64,000 nt of DNA, taken from contig JAAYUL010000125.1 of assembly GCA_012517675.1 (NCBI GenBank), positions 625 through 64,624 on the forward strand. The letters run 5' to 3'. Below the pieces are notes generated by a model. It made no database searches. It saw nothing but the letters and a program-made list of their open reading frames with translations, and was not told the DNA's origin. Shown piece after piece: positions 8,038-15,855 of the stretch. Positions within the stretch are counted from its first letter, which is position 1. Each line of letters starts with the position of its first letter. The DNA is from Clostridiales bacterium. GTDB lineage: Bacteria > Bacillota > Clostridia > Oscillospirales > Acutalibacteraceae. A program made the position numbers and the translations under genes.

Positions 8038-9396
8038 ATGATTCACAAGTATTCCCTGAACGGATATCGCATCGTAATGGACACCAACAGCGGCGCCGTG
8101 CATGTTTTTGACGGCGCCCCTTATGATATGCTTGATTATTTGACGGACAGCGTGCCGGAAACCCCGCCTGCGGAATTGACGGCAAAAATGAAAGAGAAAT
8201 ATGACGACGATACCATTCGGGAAGCCTATGAAGAATTGAAGGAGCTGTACCGGAACGGTCAACTGTTCTCTTCCGATGAATACGAGAAGTTTTTGGGGAT
8301 GATGAAAAACGCCCCCGTAAAAGCGCTGTGCCTCAATATAGCCCACGACTGCAATCTGCGCTGCGAATATTGCTTTGCGGCGAAGGGGGATTTTGGCAGG
8401 GGAAGAATGCTGATGCCGTTTGAGGTTGCCAAAAAAGCGATCGACTTTCTGATCGAAAAATCGGCGGGCCGCCATAATCTGGAGGTCGACTTCTTCGGCG
8501 GTGAGCCGCTCATGAATTTCGACGTCGTGAAAAAAACCGTCGAGTACGCCCGCAGCCTGGAAAAGGAACACAACAAGAATTTCCGGTTTACCATCACCAC
8601 CAACGGACTGCTTCTGACGGATGACAAAATTGACTTTATCAACCGCGAAATGTCCAACTGTGTGCTTTCCCTTGACGGCCGCAAAGCGGTGAACGACCTG
8701 CTGCGCATCAGGGCGGACGGTACGGGCTGTTACGACAACATCGTACCGAAATTCCAAAAGCTGGTCGCATCCCGGGGCGATAAGGATTATTACGCGCGTG
8801 GAACTTTTACCAAGCATAACCTCGATTTTACCAACGATGTTCTGCATATGGTGGATTTGGGATTCGATCAGGTTTCCGTAGAGCCGGTCGTTTCCGATAT
8901 GAAACTGGATTATTCAATTCGGGAAGAGGATCTTCCCCGCATCTTTGAGGAATACGAGCGGCTTGCAAAAGCCGTGATCGAACGGAAAAAAGCCGGTAAG
9001 GCGTTCAACTTCTTCCACTTTATGATCGACCTTGAACAGGGGCCCTGTGCCATTAAGCGGCTTCGCGGCTGCGGCTGCGGAAACGAATATGTTGCCATTA
9101 CCCCGGAAGGGGACATTTTCCCTTGCCATCAGTTTGTCGGCGACGATTCCTGGAAAATGGGGAACGTGCTCGACGGGACCTTCAACCTTGCCGAAAAAGA
9201 ATACTTCGCCATGTCGAACGTGTATACCAAGCCGGACTGCAAAGACTGCTGGGCCAAATTCTATTGCAGCGGCGGCTGTAATGCCAACAACTGGCAGTAC
9301 GAAGGCGATATTCATAAAGCGCACAAGATTTCCTGCGACCTTGAGAAGAAGCGCGTGGAGTGTGCCGTCATGATTCAGGCGGCTCTTGCGGAATAG
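8038..9396 (+). CDS. scfB: SCIFF radical-SAM/SPASM thioether-forming maturase
   Basis: Has the radical SAM motif CNLRCEYC and a C-terminal SPASM Cys cluster (CGCGNEY...CHQF...CKDCWAKFYCSGGC). It lies immediately downstream of SCIFF. Start moved to ATG 8038 (GGAGA RBS). Confidence 0.9.
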   Translation: MIHKYSLNGYRIVMDTNSGAVHVFDGAPYDMLDYLTDSVPETPPAELTAKMKEKYDDDTIREAYEELKELYRNGQLFSSDEYEKFLGMMKNAPVKALCLNIAHDCNLRCEYCFAAKGDFGRGRMLMPFEVAKKAIDFLIEKSAGRHNLEVDFFGGEPLMNFDVVKKTVEYARSLEKEHNKNFRFTITTNGLLLTDDKIDFINREMSNCVLSLDGRKAVNDLLRIRADGTGCYDNIVPKFQKLVASRGDKDYYARGTFTKHNLDFTNDVLHMVDLGFDQVSVEPVVSDMKLDYSIREEDLPRIFEEYERLAKAVIERKKAGKAFNFFHFMIDLEQGPCAIKRLRGCGCGNEYVAITPEGDIFPCHQFVGDDSWKMGNVLDGTFNLAEKEYFAMSNVYTKPDCKDCWAKFYCSGGCNANNWQYEGDIHKAHKISCDLEKKRVECAVMIQAALAE

Positions 9397-9408
9397 CCAT
9401 TCCGCTGG

Positions 9409-9440
9409 GAAAGCCGCCTGTCAGGCGGCTTTCTTATGCA
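9409..9440 (+). terminator. Intrinsic terminator after scfB
   Basis: GAAAGCCGCC-tgtca-GGCGGCTTTC hairpin followed by a T-rich tract. Confidence 0.6.
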
Positions 9441-9643
9441 TTTTTACAGTATTCAGCGAAATGTATATTCATTCATATGGTTTACATAATGATGATTACA
9501 TAATCTTTTACACTTTTGAATAAATTTTAATATTATGTATATTGGAATATTGCGAATAAAAATAAAAGGTATTATAGTATATATCCGGGGCGCATATTTC
9601 GGTGACAAGCAATTCGGGCTTGTACAAAAAGCCCGGCTGGGAA

Positions 9644-9672
9644 TCATATAACACGGGTTATTCTCATACAAT
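9644..9672 (+). promoter_or_regulatory. Sigma-E-like sporulation promoter upstream of spoIIM (TCATATA-14 nt-CATACAAT)
   Basis: Matches the mother-cell sigma-E consensus (kmATATT / CATACAhT) as I remember it. Located 27 nt upstream of the start codon. Confidence 0.4.
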
Positions 9673-9698
9673 GTAAAAACACCCTTTGGGGAGGAAGT

Positions 9699-10358
9699 AT
9701 GAGTATGATCCGGATTTATCACAGTTTTAAGCACAGGCCGGTGTTTCAGCGCGGTGTCAGGCTGCTTTTCCGGGCGCTGCGCGAAAATAACATGATGGTG
9801 TTTTTTTCTCTGTTTTTAATTGGAGGGGCGGTTTTAGGCGCGGTTTTTGCAAAAAACGCGGATATGTCTTCATTGAAAAAACTGGATTTTTTGTTTTACA
9901 GCAATTTTCAATCCCGCGTGGGGCAGTCTTTTTTCTCTGTTTTTTCCGCGTCGTTCGCCTCTTCGTTTTTATTTATCCTGTTTTGTTTTCTTTGCGGTCT
10001 TTCCATGTGGGGCATGGTCCTGATTCCCGCTGCGGTTTTTTTTCGGGGATTCGGCCTTGGCCTTACATCCGGTTATATCTATGCGGCCTATGGGGGAAGG
10101 GGCATTTTGTTCAATTTGATTGTGATTCTGCCCGGCGCCCTGTTCTGCTGTCTGGCCATTCTTCTGGCGGCCCGCGAAGGAACACGTTTTTCCAAAAGGA
10201 TTGCAGCCTGCGGTTCCTCAGACTCCAGCAAAGCGATCAGCCGGTACAGCATCAAGCTTTATCTGCTGCGGTTCGGCGTGATTCTTTGTGTTGCCAGCCT
10301 TGCTGCGCTGACGGATGTTTTCCTTTCGGCATGTTTTGCAGGAATGTTTTCTTTTTAA
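9699..10358 (+). CDS. spoIIM: Stage II sporulation protein M
   Basis: 219-aa polytopic membrane protein with a SpoIIM-like layout (N-terminal TM, then a cluster of 4 TMs). It is adjacent to xerD, as in Bacillus, and has a sigma-E-like promoter. Confidence 0.65.
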   Translation: MSMIRIYHSFKHRPVFQRGVRLLFRALRENNMMVFFSLFLIGGAVLGAVFAKNADMSSLKKLDFLFYSNFQSRVGQSFFSVFSASFASSFLFILFCFLCGLSMWGMVLIPAAVFFRGFGLGLTSGYIYAAYGGRGILFNLIVILPGALFCCLAILLAAREGTRFSKRIAACGSSDSSKAISRYSIKLYLLRFGVILCVASLAALTDVFLSACFAGMFSF

Positions 10359-10375
10359 AAAGGGGATAGAACATC

Positions 10376-11269
10376 ATGAAGGATTATTGTGAGGATTTCA
10401 GCAATTACCTGATTCATGAACGGTCGGTGTCGGAAAATACCTTGGATTCCTATCTTCGTGACGTGGTGCATTATCTGAATTTCCTTACCAGTCAGGGGCT
10501 GGACAACCCTGCGTCTGCCAATAAGGAGATTGTGCAGCGGTATGTACAGCGGCTCGGCGAAGAAAAAAAGACCAACTCCACGATTTCCCGAAACATGGCG
10601 TCGGTCCGATGCTTTTACCGCTACTTAATGATCAGCCATCTGGCGGAATCCAATCCGGCCAAGGCGATCAAGCTGGAAAAAGCGCCGAAAAAGCTCCCGC
10701 AGATTCTTTCCGGAAATGAGATTGAGCTGTTGCTTTCCCAGCCCGACACCAAGGAATTAAAGGGCTGCCGTGACAAAGCAATGCTGGAGCTGCTTTACGC
10801 CACGGGAATCCGGGTTTCCGAGCTGGTGGACCTGAACGTGGAAGACATTAACCTACATACCGGTATTCTGTGCTGCAAAAAAGAAAACGCCCAACGGATG
10901 ATCCCCGTGTATCCCGCGGCGGTGAATATGGTCTCGGAGTACATTCTTCGTGTCAGAAGCCTGATTATTGACCCGGAAGGCGGACAAGCGCTGTTTGCCA
11001 ATTTAAACGGAAAAAGGCTGACCCGCCAGGGCTTTTGGAAGATTGTGAAGGGTTACGCGGAACAGGCAGGCATTGTAAAGGAAATTACGCCGCATACCCT
11101 GCGCCACTCGTTTGCCCTTCATCTTCTGGAAAACGGGGCGGAGCTGAAAGATATTCAAATCATGCTGGGACATGCCGATATTTCATCCACGCAGGTTTAT
11201 GTTCATTTATTAAACGACCATTTTAAAAAGGTTTACAACAACTGCCACCCGAGGGCAAAATTAGGATAG
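10376..11269 (+). CDS. xerD: Site-specific tyrosine recombinase XerD
   Basis: 297 aa. Has an N-terminal SAM-like domain (ERSVSENTLDSYLRDV), then ATGIRVSELV, HTLRHSFALHLLENG and LGHADISSTQVY (R-H-R-Y catalytic set). Confidence 0.85.
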   Translation: MKDYCEDFSNYLIHERSVSENTLDSYLRDVVHYLNFLTSQGLDNPASANKEIVQRYVQRLGEEKKTNSTISRNMASVRCFYRYLMISHLAESNPAKAIKLEKAPKKLPQILSGNEIELLLSQPDTKELKGCRDKAMLELLYATGIRVSELVDLNVEDINLHTGILCCKKENAQRMIPVYPAAVNMVSEYILRVRSLIIDPEGGQALFANLNGKRLTRQGFWKIVKGYAEQAGIVKEITPHTLRHSFALHLLENGAELKDIQIMLGHADISSTQVYVHLLNDHFKKVYNNCHPRAKLG

Positions 11270-11281
11270 GAGTGAATTTGC

Positions 11282-12094
11282 TTGGGACTTTTTTCCAGTA
11301 ACTATAATCGACCGGGTCCGGGAATTTATAAAAATCAGCCGAAAAAAAAGCCGTTCTTTCTTTTTTGGGAAATCTTTTTCCGGAAATTCTGGCAGCTGAT
11401 CCAGCTGAATCTGCTGTTCTGCGTGCCGGTTATTGCCGTTTTCGCGCTGATGGTTTTGTTAAGCGGTGTCACCAGTCTGGCTGCGCTTGTCAACCTGCCG
11501 CTGATTTTGCTTTTCCCCTTTATCGGCGGCCTGACCATGATCACAAGGAATTACGCCAGAGAAGAGCACGCTTTCCTGCTTTCCGACTTTATGGGTGCGG
11601 TCAAGAAAAACTGGGCTGCGTTTTTAGCAAACGGAATTGTCAGCTATGTATTGTATCTGATTTTGAGCATCGCGATCACCTATTACAATTCCCAGATCAA
11701 AGAAAACAGTATTTTTGTTGTTCCGTTTGCGCTTTGTGTTGGAATCGCGTTCCTTTTTATTGCCGCCCAATACTATATTCCGGTCATGATCATTACGTTT
11801 GATTTAAAGATTTCCCAGATTTATAAAAACGCTTTGATTTTTGCCATTATCGGCCTTTGGCGCAATTTGCTGCTCACCGTTTTGCTTGGTCTTTTGATTT
11901 TTGTTTTTTATATTTTATTCCAGCTGATGCCCCTGACCATTCTGATTGCCGTGTGCCTGTTGCTTTTCCTGATGTTTTCCTTTGTGATGTTCCTGATTAA
12001 CTTTGTTGTTTATCCATTGATAGATAAAACAATGATTCAGCCTTTCCAGGAAAAAGAGGGAGGCAATTCGGAACAATCGGACTTCAAGGATTAA
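11282..12094 (+). CDS. YesL/DUF624-family membrane protein
   Basis: TTG start with AGGAGTG RBS. MGLFSSNYNRPGPGIYKNQPKK..FFLFWEIFFRKFWQLIQLNLLF is the typical DUF624 N-terminus. Several TM helices follow. Confidence 0.7.
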   Translation: MGLFSSNYNRPGPGIYKNQPKKKPFFLFWEIFFRKFWQLIQLNLLFCVPVIAVFALMVLLSGVTSLAALVNLPLILLFPFIGGLTMITRNYAREEHAFLLSDFMGAVKKNWAAFLANGIVSYVLYLILSIAITYYNSQIKENSIFVVPFALCVGIAFLFIAAQYYIPVMIITFDLKISQIYKNALIFAIIGLWRNLLLTVLLGLLIFVFYILFQLMPLTILIAVCLLLFLMFSFVMFLINFVVYPLIDKTMIQPFQEKEGGNSEQSDFKD

Positions 12095-12127
12095 AAAAAA
12101 GAGCCTATGATTCAGGCTCTTTTTTTA
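12093..12127. terminator. Bidirectional terminator between the YesL-like gene and the recombinase gene
   Basis: A8-AGAGCCT-atgattc-AGGCTCT-T7. The hairpin overlaps the last codons of the minus-strand recombinase. Confidence 0.65.
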
Positions 12128-13154
12128 TTTTTGAAGAGGATTCCTCTTCATTGTTCGGCGCTGTGTTGTTCTTTCCGGTGCGCGGTTTGATCCCGGAAAG
12201 CGGGTTTGCCTGCGCTGCTTTTGCCATCTGTTCATCGGAAAGATGGGTGTAGATTTGTGTGGTGCCCAGATTTTCATGCCCCAGGATGTCTTTCAGCACG
12301 CGAATGTCCACATGGCCGTATTGGTACATCAGAGTAGCCGCCGTATGCCGAAGCTTATGTACGGAATAGCCGGGTCCGTCCAGAGCGATTTCCGCCAAAT
12401 ATTTTTTTACAATATATTGGACGGTTTTGGGGCTGATCCGTTTGTTTTGTTTGCTGATGAACAGGGCGTTTTTATCGATCACATTTTTCGGCCGCACGGC
12501 AATGTAGCGTTTCAGCGCGTCCAGACAGGCCTCGTTCAGGTAAACGATGCGCTCTTTATTGCCTTTTCCCGTTATTTTCAAAGTGGAGCTGCCGTGACGA
12601 ACGTCGCTTAAATTCAAACCGACCAGTTCGGAAAGGCGCATTCCGCAGTTCAGGAACAGAACCAGCATGCAATAATCCCGTTCCTTGTACGGGCCTTCCG
12701 CTTTTGAAAGCAGACTGATGCTTTGTTCCAGCGTCAGGTATTTGGGCAGTGTTTTTTTCAGTTTCGGCGTTTCCAGTTCTTCGACCGGGTTCACTTTGAG
12801 CTTTCCGGTTTTGTTTGTCAAAAATTTGAAAAACGCACGCAGGCTCGATACCTTTCGAGACCGGGTGTTGGCCTTGTTGTGCCGGATCGTCCCTAAAAAA
12901 TTCATGTATTCATAAACCTGTGTCAGATCAATGGTTTTAATCAGCTCAAGGTTGATGTCCGAAATGCTGATTTCTTCAAAATCGGCGGTGGGGGAGACAA
13001 GCCCCCGCGATTTCTTGATATATCGAAAAAATGTTCGTAAATCCAGGTAATATTCTTCCGTTGTCTTGGGTGATTTTCCTTTGATGGTTTCAATGTATCC
13101 CAGAAATTCCTTTATGATCGGCGGAGCTTCCGCCATGATTTCCTGATCCATCAT
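12105..13154 (-). CDS. Tyrosine recombinase/integrase (XerC-like, phage-integrase family)
   Basis: 349 aa. Has an N-terminal core-binding domain (SPKTTEEYYLDLRTFFRY), then NCGMRLSELVGL, HKLRHTAATLMY and LGHENLGTTQIY. The C-terminal tail is low-complexity and Lys/Glu/Ser-rich. Confidence 0.85.
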   Translation of the reverse strand: MMDQEIMAEAPPIIKEFLGYIETIKGKSPKTTEEYYLDLRTFFRYIKKSRGLVSPTADFEEISISDINLELIKTIDLTQVYEYMNFLGTIRHNKANTRSRKVSSLRAFFKFLTNKTGKLKVNPVEELETPKLKKTLPKYLTLEQSISLLSKAEGPYKERDYCMLVLFLNCGMRLSELVGLNLSDVRHGSSTLKITGKGNKERIVYLNEACLDALKRYIAVRPKNVIDKNALFISKQNKRISPKTVQYIVKKYLAEIALDGPGYSVHKLRHTAATLMYQYGHVDIRVLKDILGHENLGTTQIYTHLSDEQMAKAAQANPLSGIKPRTGKNNTAPNNEEESSSKIKKEPES

Positions 13155-13396
13155 GTTATCATTTCCATCCTTTGTTATTTATTGTCCCGTATGCGAAATC
13201 TCCAGACTGCTTATAATTCTGCGCTGGCCTTTGGAAGAAATCAGCATTGCAGCGTTTCCATACTTTAGGCGGTCTTAGCCGGTGGGGGTTTAGTTTACAC
13301 TGCCGTTACCGTTATCGTGAAACTGTTTCACAGCTGCCATGATTCAGGTAATTCAGGTTTGATGTGCAGTATAAAAAGACGATTCGGGAACTATAG

Positions 13397-13742
13397 CGGA
13401 TCGCTCGCGTGACGAAGCACCTTGCCTGCGAGTTGAGCGCCTGCACCGGCTTGCGCATCGGCAACGTGTTGAATCTGCCGCGCTTCCTGTTTCAAAACCG
13501 CAAACCGGCTGGTCGAGCATCAAGTTTCCAGGATGAAGCCCGCTCGCTGGAAAAAACAACACAGCGACGGTTGCTCAGGCTTAAGCCCGCACAGTGCCCG
13601 GAAAATTTATGCCGTAACGGAATATCGCCGAACCGGCAATTTGCAGCGAGTGAAAGAATTGCTGAACCACAGTGATGAAGCTGTTACCATGCTTTACGCT
13701 ATGGCGGATGAGCTGACGGAACGCCGCAGGAAAAAAACTTGA
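13397..13742 (+). pseudogene. Truncated, frameshifted remnant of a tyrosine recombinase catalytic domain
   Basis: One frame gives ..ACELSACTGLRIGNVLNL (box I, TGLRIxDV-like). A second frame gives FKTANR...SPHSARKIYAVTEYRRTGNLQRVKELLNHSDEAVTMLYA (HxxR and H..Y motifs). There is no N-terminal domain, and a stop lies at 13394. Confidence 0.55.
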
Positions 13743-13844
13743 CTTTTATTACAGTCGGATTGATGGGCAGCGCGATTCTGCAAAATTAATATTTTGTCTG
13801 CGGAGCGCAAATTGGGGTTGGCCCATTTTTTTTGGGGCTACCCA

Positions 13845-13874
13845 AATTATACAAAATATTCATTTTGTATAATT
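13845..13874. repeat. Perfect 13-bp inverted repeat with a 4-nt spacer (AATTATACAAAAT-attc-ATTTTGTATAATT)
   Basis: Read directly and the arms were checked by reverse complement. It lies 23 nt beyond the stop of the 254-aa gene. Confidence 0.9.
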
Positions 13875-13896
13875 GTACCGTAAAAAATACCTGTTG

Positions 13897-14661
13897 TCAA
13901 GCAGGCTTTTCCTCCCCGCATTTTGTCTTGAGCGTGAGGATTCCTCCGATATCGACCAGCGGACCTTTCGTCAGCGCAACAGGTTCCACGTGTCTGGAAC
14001 GGCAAAAGCAGATGATTTGTTTTGAATCAGGATGCGAATCCAACGCTCCGGTAAAAGCAAGCCGGTTCTTACCGATCATTCCGCATGCGCCGCCGAGAAA
14101 TCCGTACGAATAACCCGGCAGTTTCACATATCCGGCGGAAATCTTCAGAACCTCCATTCCAATCGACCGCGCAACTTTCGCAATGGACGGGTCCTCTGTC
14201 ATGACGGACCTTTCGTTCACCACAACGGTGGAACATTTTGCGTATCCCTGGTTTACGGCAATCACGGAGATCCTATGTTGTTCGCAATATCGCAGGATTT
14301 CCGGCGCCAAAGCGCTTTGCTTTGCAAAAAGCTTGTCTCCGACGCGGGCCGCGTTCATCCGAACGTCCTGTGGATATCGGTTTGAAATACATACGTTCGA
14401 CACCGTGACTTCAAAGCCGGCCTGTTTCAATTCAAGCTCCAGTGCCCTGTTCCCCGCCGCAAGAATCACCTGGTTTTCCCCCAGGTGATGCAGCACCATA
14501 TCCGCATGAGAACAAACGGGCCGGCTGAGCTGCGGGAACGGTGAAATTTCGATGGTTCGGATACCTCTATTGCGCAGTGCTTCTGCAATTTCGGGATATG
14601 TATCGGATACGGCTGCAATGGCCGCATCCGAATCCGGCAGGTTCGGAACTTGAACAAACAT
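13897..14661 (-). CDS. Uncharacterised 254-aa protein, possibly DUF6873 (predicted guanidino-group-modifying-enzyme fold)
   Basis: A long ORF with an AGGAG RBS embedded in the last codons of the upstream permease gene. Contains motifs SHADMVLHH, RYPQDVRMNAARVG, NQGYAKCS and GFLGGACGMIG. The family name is from memory and is not verified. Confidence 0.6.
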   Translation of the reverse strand: MFVQVPNLPDSDAAIAAVSDTYPEIAEALRNRGIRTIEISPFPQLSRPVCSHADMVLHHLGENQVILAAGNRALELELKQAGFEVTVSNVCISNRYPQDVRMNAARVGDKLFAKQSALAPEILRYCEQHRISVIAVNQGYAKCSTVVVNERSVMTEDPSIAKVARSIGMEVLKISAGYVKLPGYSYGFLGGACGMIGKNRLAFTGALDSHPDSKQIICFCRSRHVEPVALTKGPLVDIGGILTLKTKCGEEKPA

Positions 14662-14667
14662 TCTTTT

Positions 14668-15855
14668 TTACTCCTGTCTGAGCGCGTCCACCGGCTTCAG
14701 TTCAGACGCTTTATATGCGGGATAAACGCCGAAAACCGTCCCGGTCAAAATGGAAAACCCAACCGACAGCAGCATAATATCAGTTCGGATACTGAGCGCA
14801 AAGCCAAAATATGAGGCTCCTGCCCAGGAAATCAAATAACCGGTCAAAATTCCCAAGGCACACCCGATTAATGAAATCAGAATGGCTTCGAACAAAAATT
14901 CAAGCATGATGGCGCTTCGCTTGGCCCCTATCGCCTTTTTTATGCCGATTTCACGCGTCCGTTCGTTGACCGAAACGAGCATCACCGTCATGATGCTCAG
15001 ACTCGCCACCAGAAGGGAAATTGCGCCCACGGCTGAAAGAATCAAGGTAATGACCCCCATCATGCTGGTCAGGCTGTCTTTCTGTTTTGCCAGATTGTTG
15101 GAAACAAACCCGTCCACCGTTCCGTTAAGGCGGTTCAGATTCTTTAAAATGTTTTTCCCAATGGCATCCACATTGCTCCCCTGTTTTACTTTTACCGCGA
15201 TTTGATCAAAGTTTTCCCTGCCGGTCGCATTCTGAACCGTAGTATAAGGAACATAAACAAAAGTCGGCACGTAGCTTCCAATAATATTCTGCAGCAAACC
15301 GCTGCCGGTTTTGATGATTCCAACCACGGTGAATTCTTCCTGAACGCCGCCGTACAGGATGGAAACTTTTTTCCCAATGATATTGTTTCGCATATATGCG
15401 CTTTTTGAGAACGATTCATCCACCAGACAGACGGCTGCATTGGTGTTGATGTCCTGTTGGTTAAACATCCGCCCGTATAACAGATTGATTGAAATGATTT
15501 CGCTCGCTTTTGTGTCTATCCCCCACACAAGCGCCTTGGAGCTGGTTTTGCAGGCGGAAATCACCGAACTCTGCACAATAATGGGAGCGGCCTGCTGCAC
15601 GTTTTCAGATTTTCGGACCATGTTCAGATCGTTTGCATTGAGCTCGGTCTCCTGTGTATTGGAAGCGGCGGAAATAGTCAATCCGCTCATTCCCAGACTT
15701 TCAAGTTCATGGCTGAGAACGTCAGTTCCGCACTGGCTGATATTCGCAATCAGTACAACAGAGGAAACGCCTATGGCAATTCCGAGGATGGTCAGCGCGG
15801 TACGCATCCTTTTTCTGCCAAGGTTGATGAATGCGGAGCGAAAATAATCAATCAT
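14668..15855 (-). CDS. ABC-transporter permease, MacB/FtsX type (MacB periplasmic core domain plus FtsX domain)
   Basis: 395 aa. Has an N-terminal TM (RTALTILGIAIGVSSVV), a roughly 230-aa extracytoplasmic domain, then three TMs with ERTREIGIKKAIGA and YPAYKASELKPVDALR. Confidence 0.85.
   Translation of the reverse strand: MIDYFRSAFINLGRKRMRTALTILGIAIGVSSVVLIANISQCGTDVLSHELESLGMSGLTISAASNTQETELNANDLNMVRKSENVQQAAPIIVQSSVISACKTSSKALVWGIDTKASEIISINLLYGRMFNQQDINTNAAVCLVDESFSKSAYMRNNIIGKKVSILYGGVQEEFTVVGIIKTGSGLLQNIIGSYVPTFVYVPYTTVQNATGRENFDQIAVKVKQGSNVDAIGKNILKNLNRLNGTVDGFVSNNLAKQKDSLTSMMGVITLILSAVGAISLLVASLSIMTVMLVSVNERTREIGIKKAIGAKRSAIMLEFLFEAILISLIGCALGILTGYLISWAGASYFGFALSIRTDIMLLSVGFSILTGTVFGVYPAYKASELKPVDALRQE

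Noticed and set aside
9453-9734. 93-aa minus-strand ORF in the AT-rich spacer upstream of spoIIM
   Set aside because: Its composition simply reflects AT-rich non-coding DNA (Ile/Tyr/Asn/Phe-rich). It has no RBS and it overlaps the spoIIM start and promoter.
13832-14113. 93-aa plus-strand ORF spanning the palindrome and running antisense into the 254-aa gene
   Set aside because: It has a TTG start without an RBS, is mostly antisense to a better-supported gene, and has no recognisable motif.
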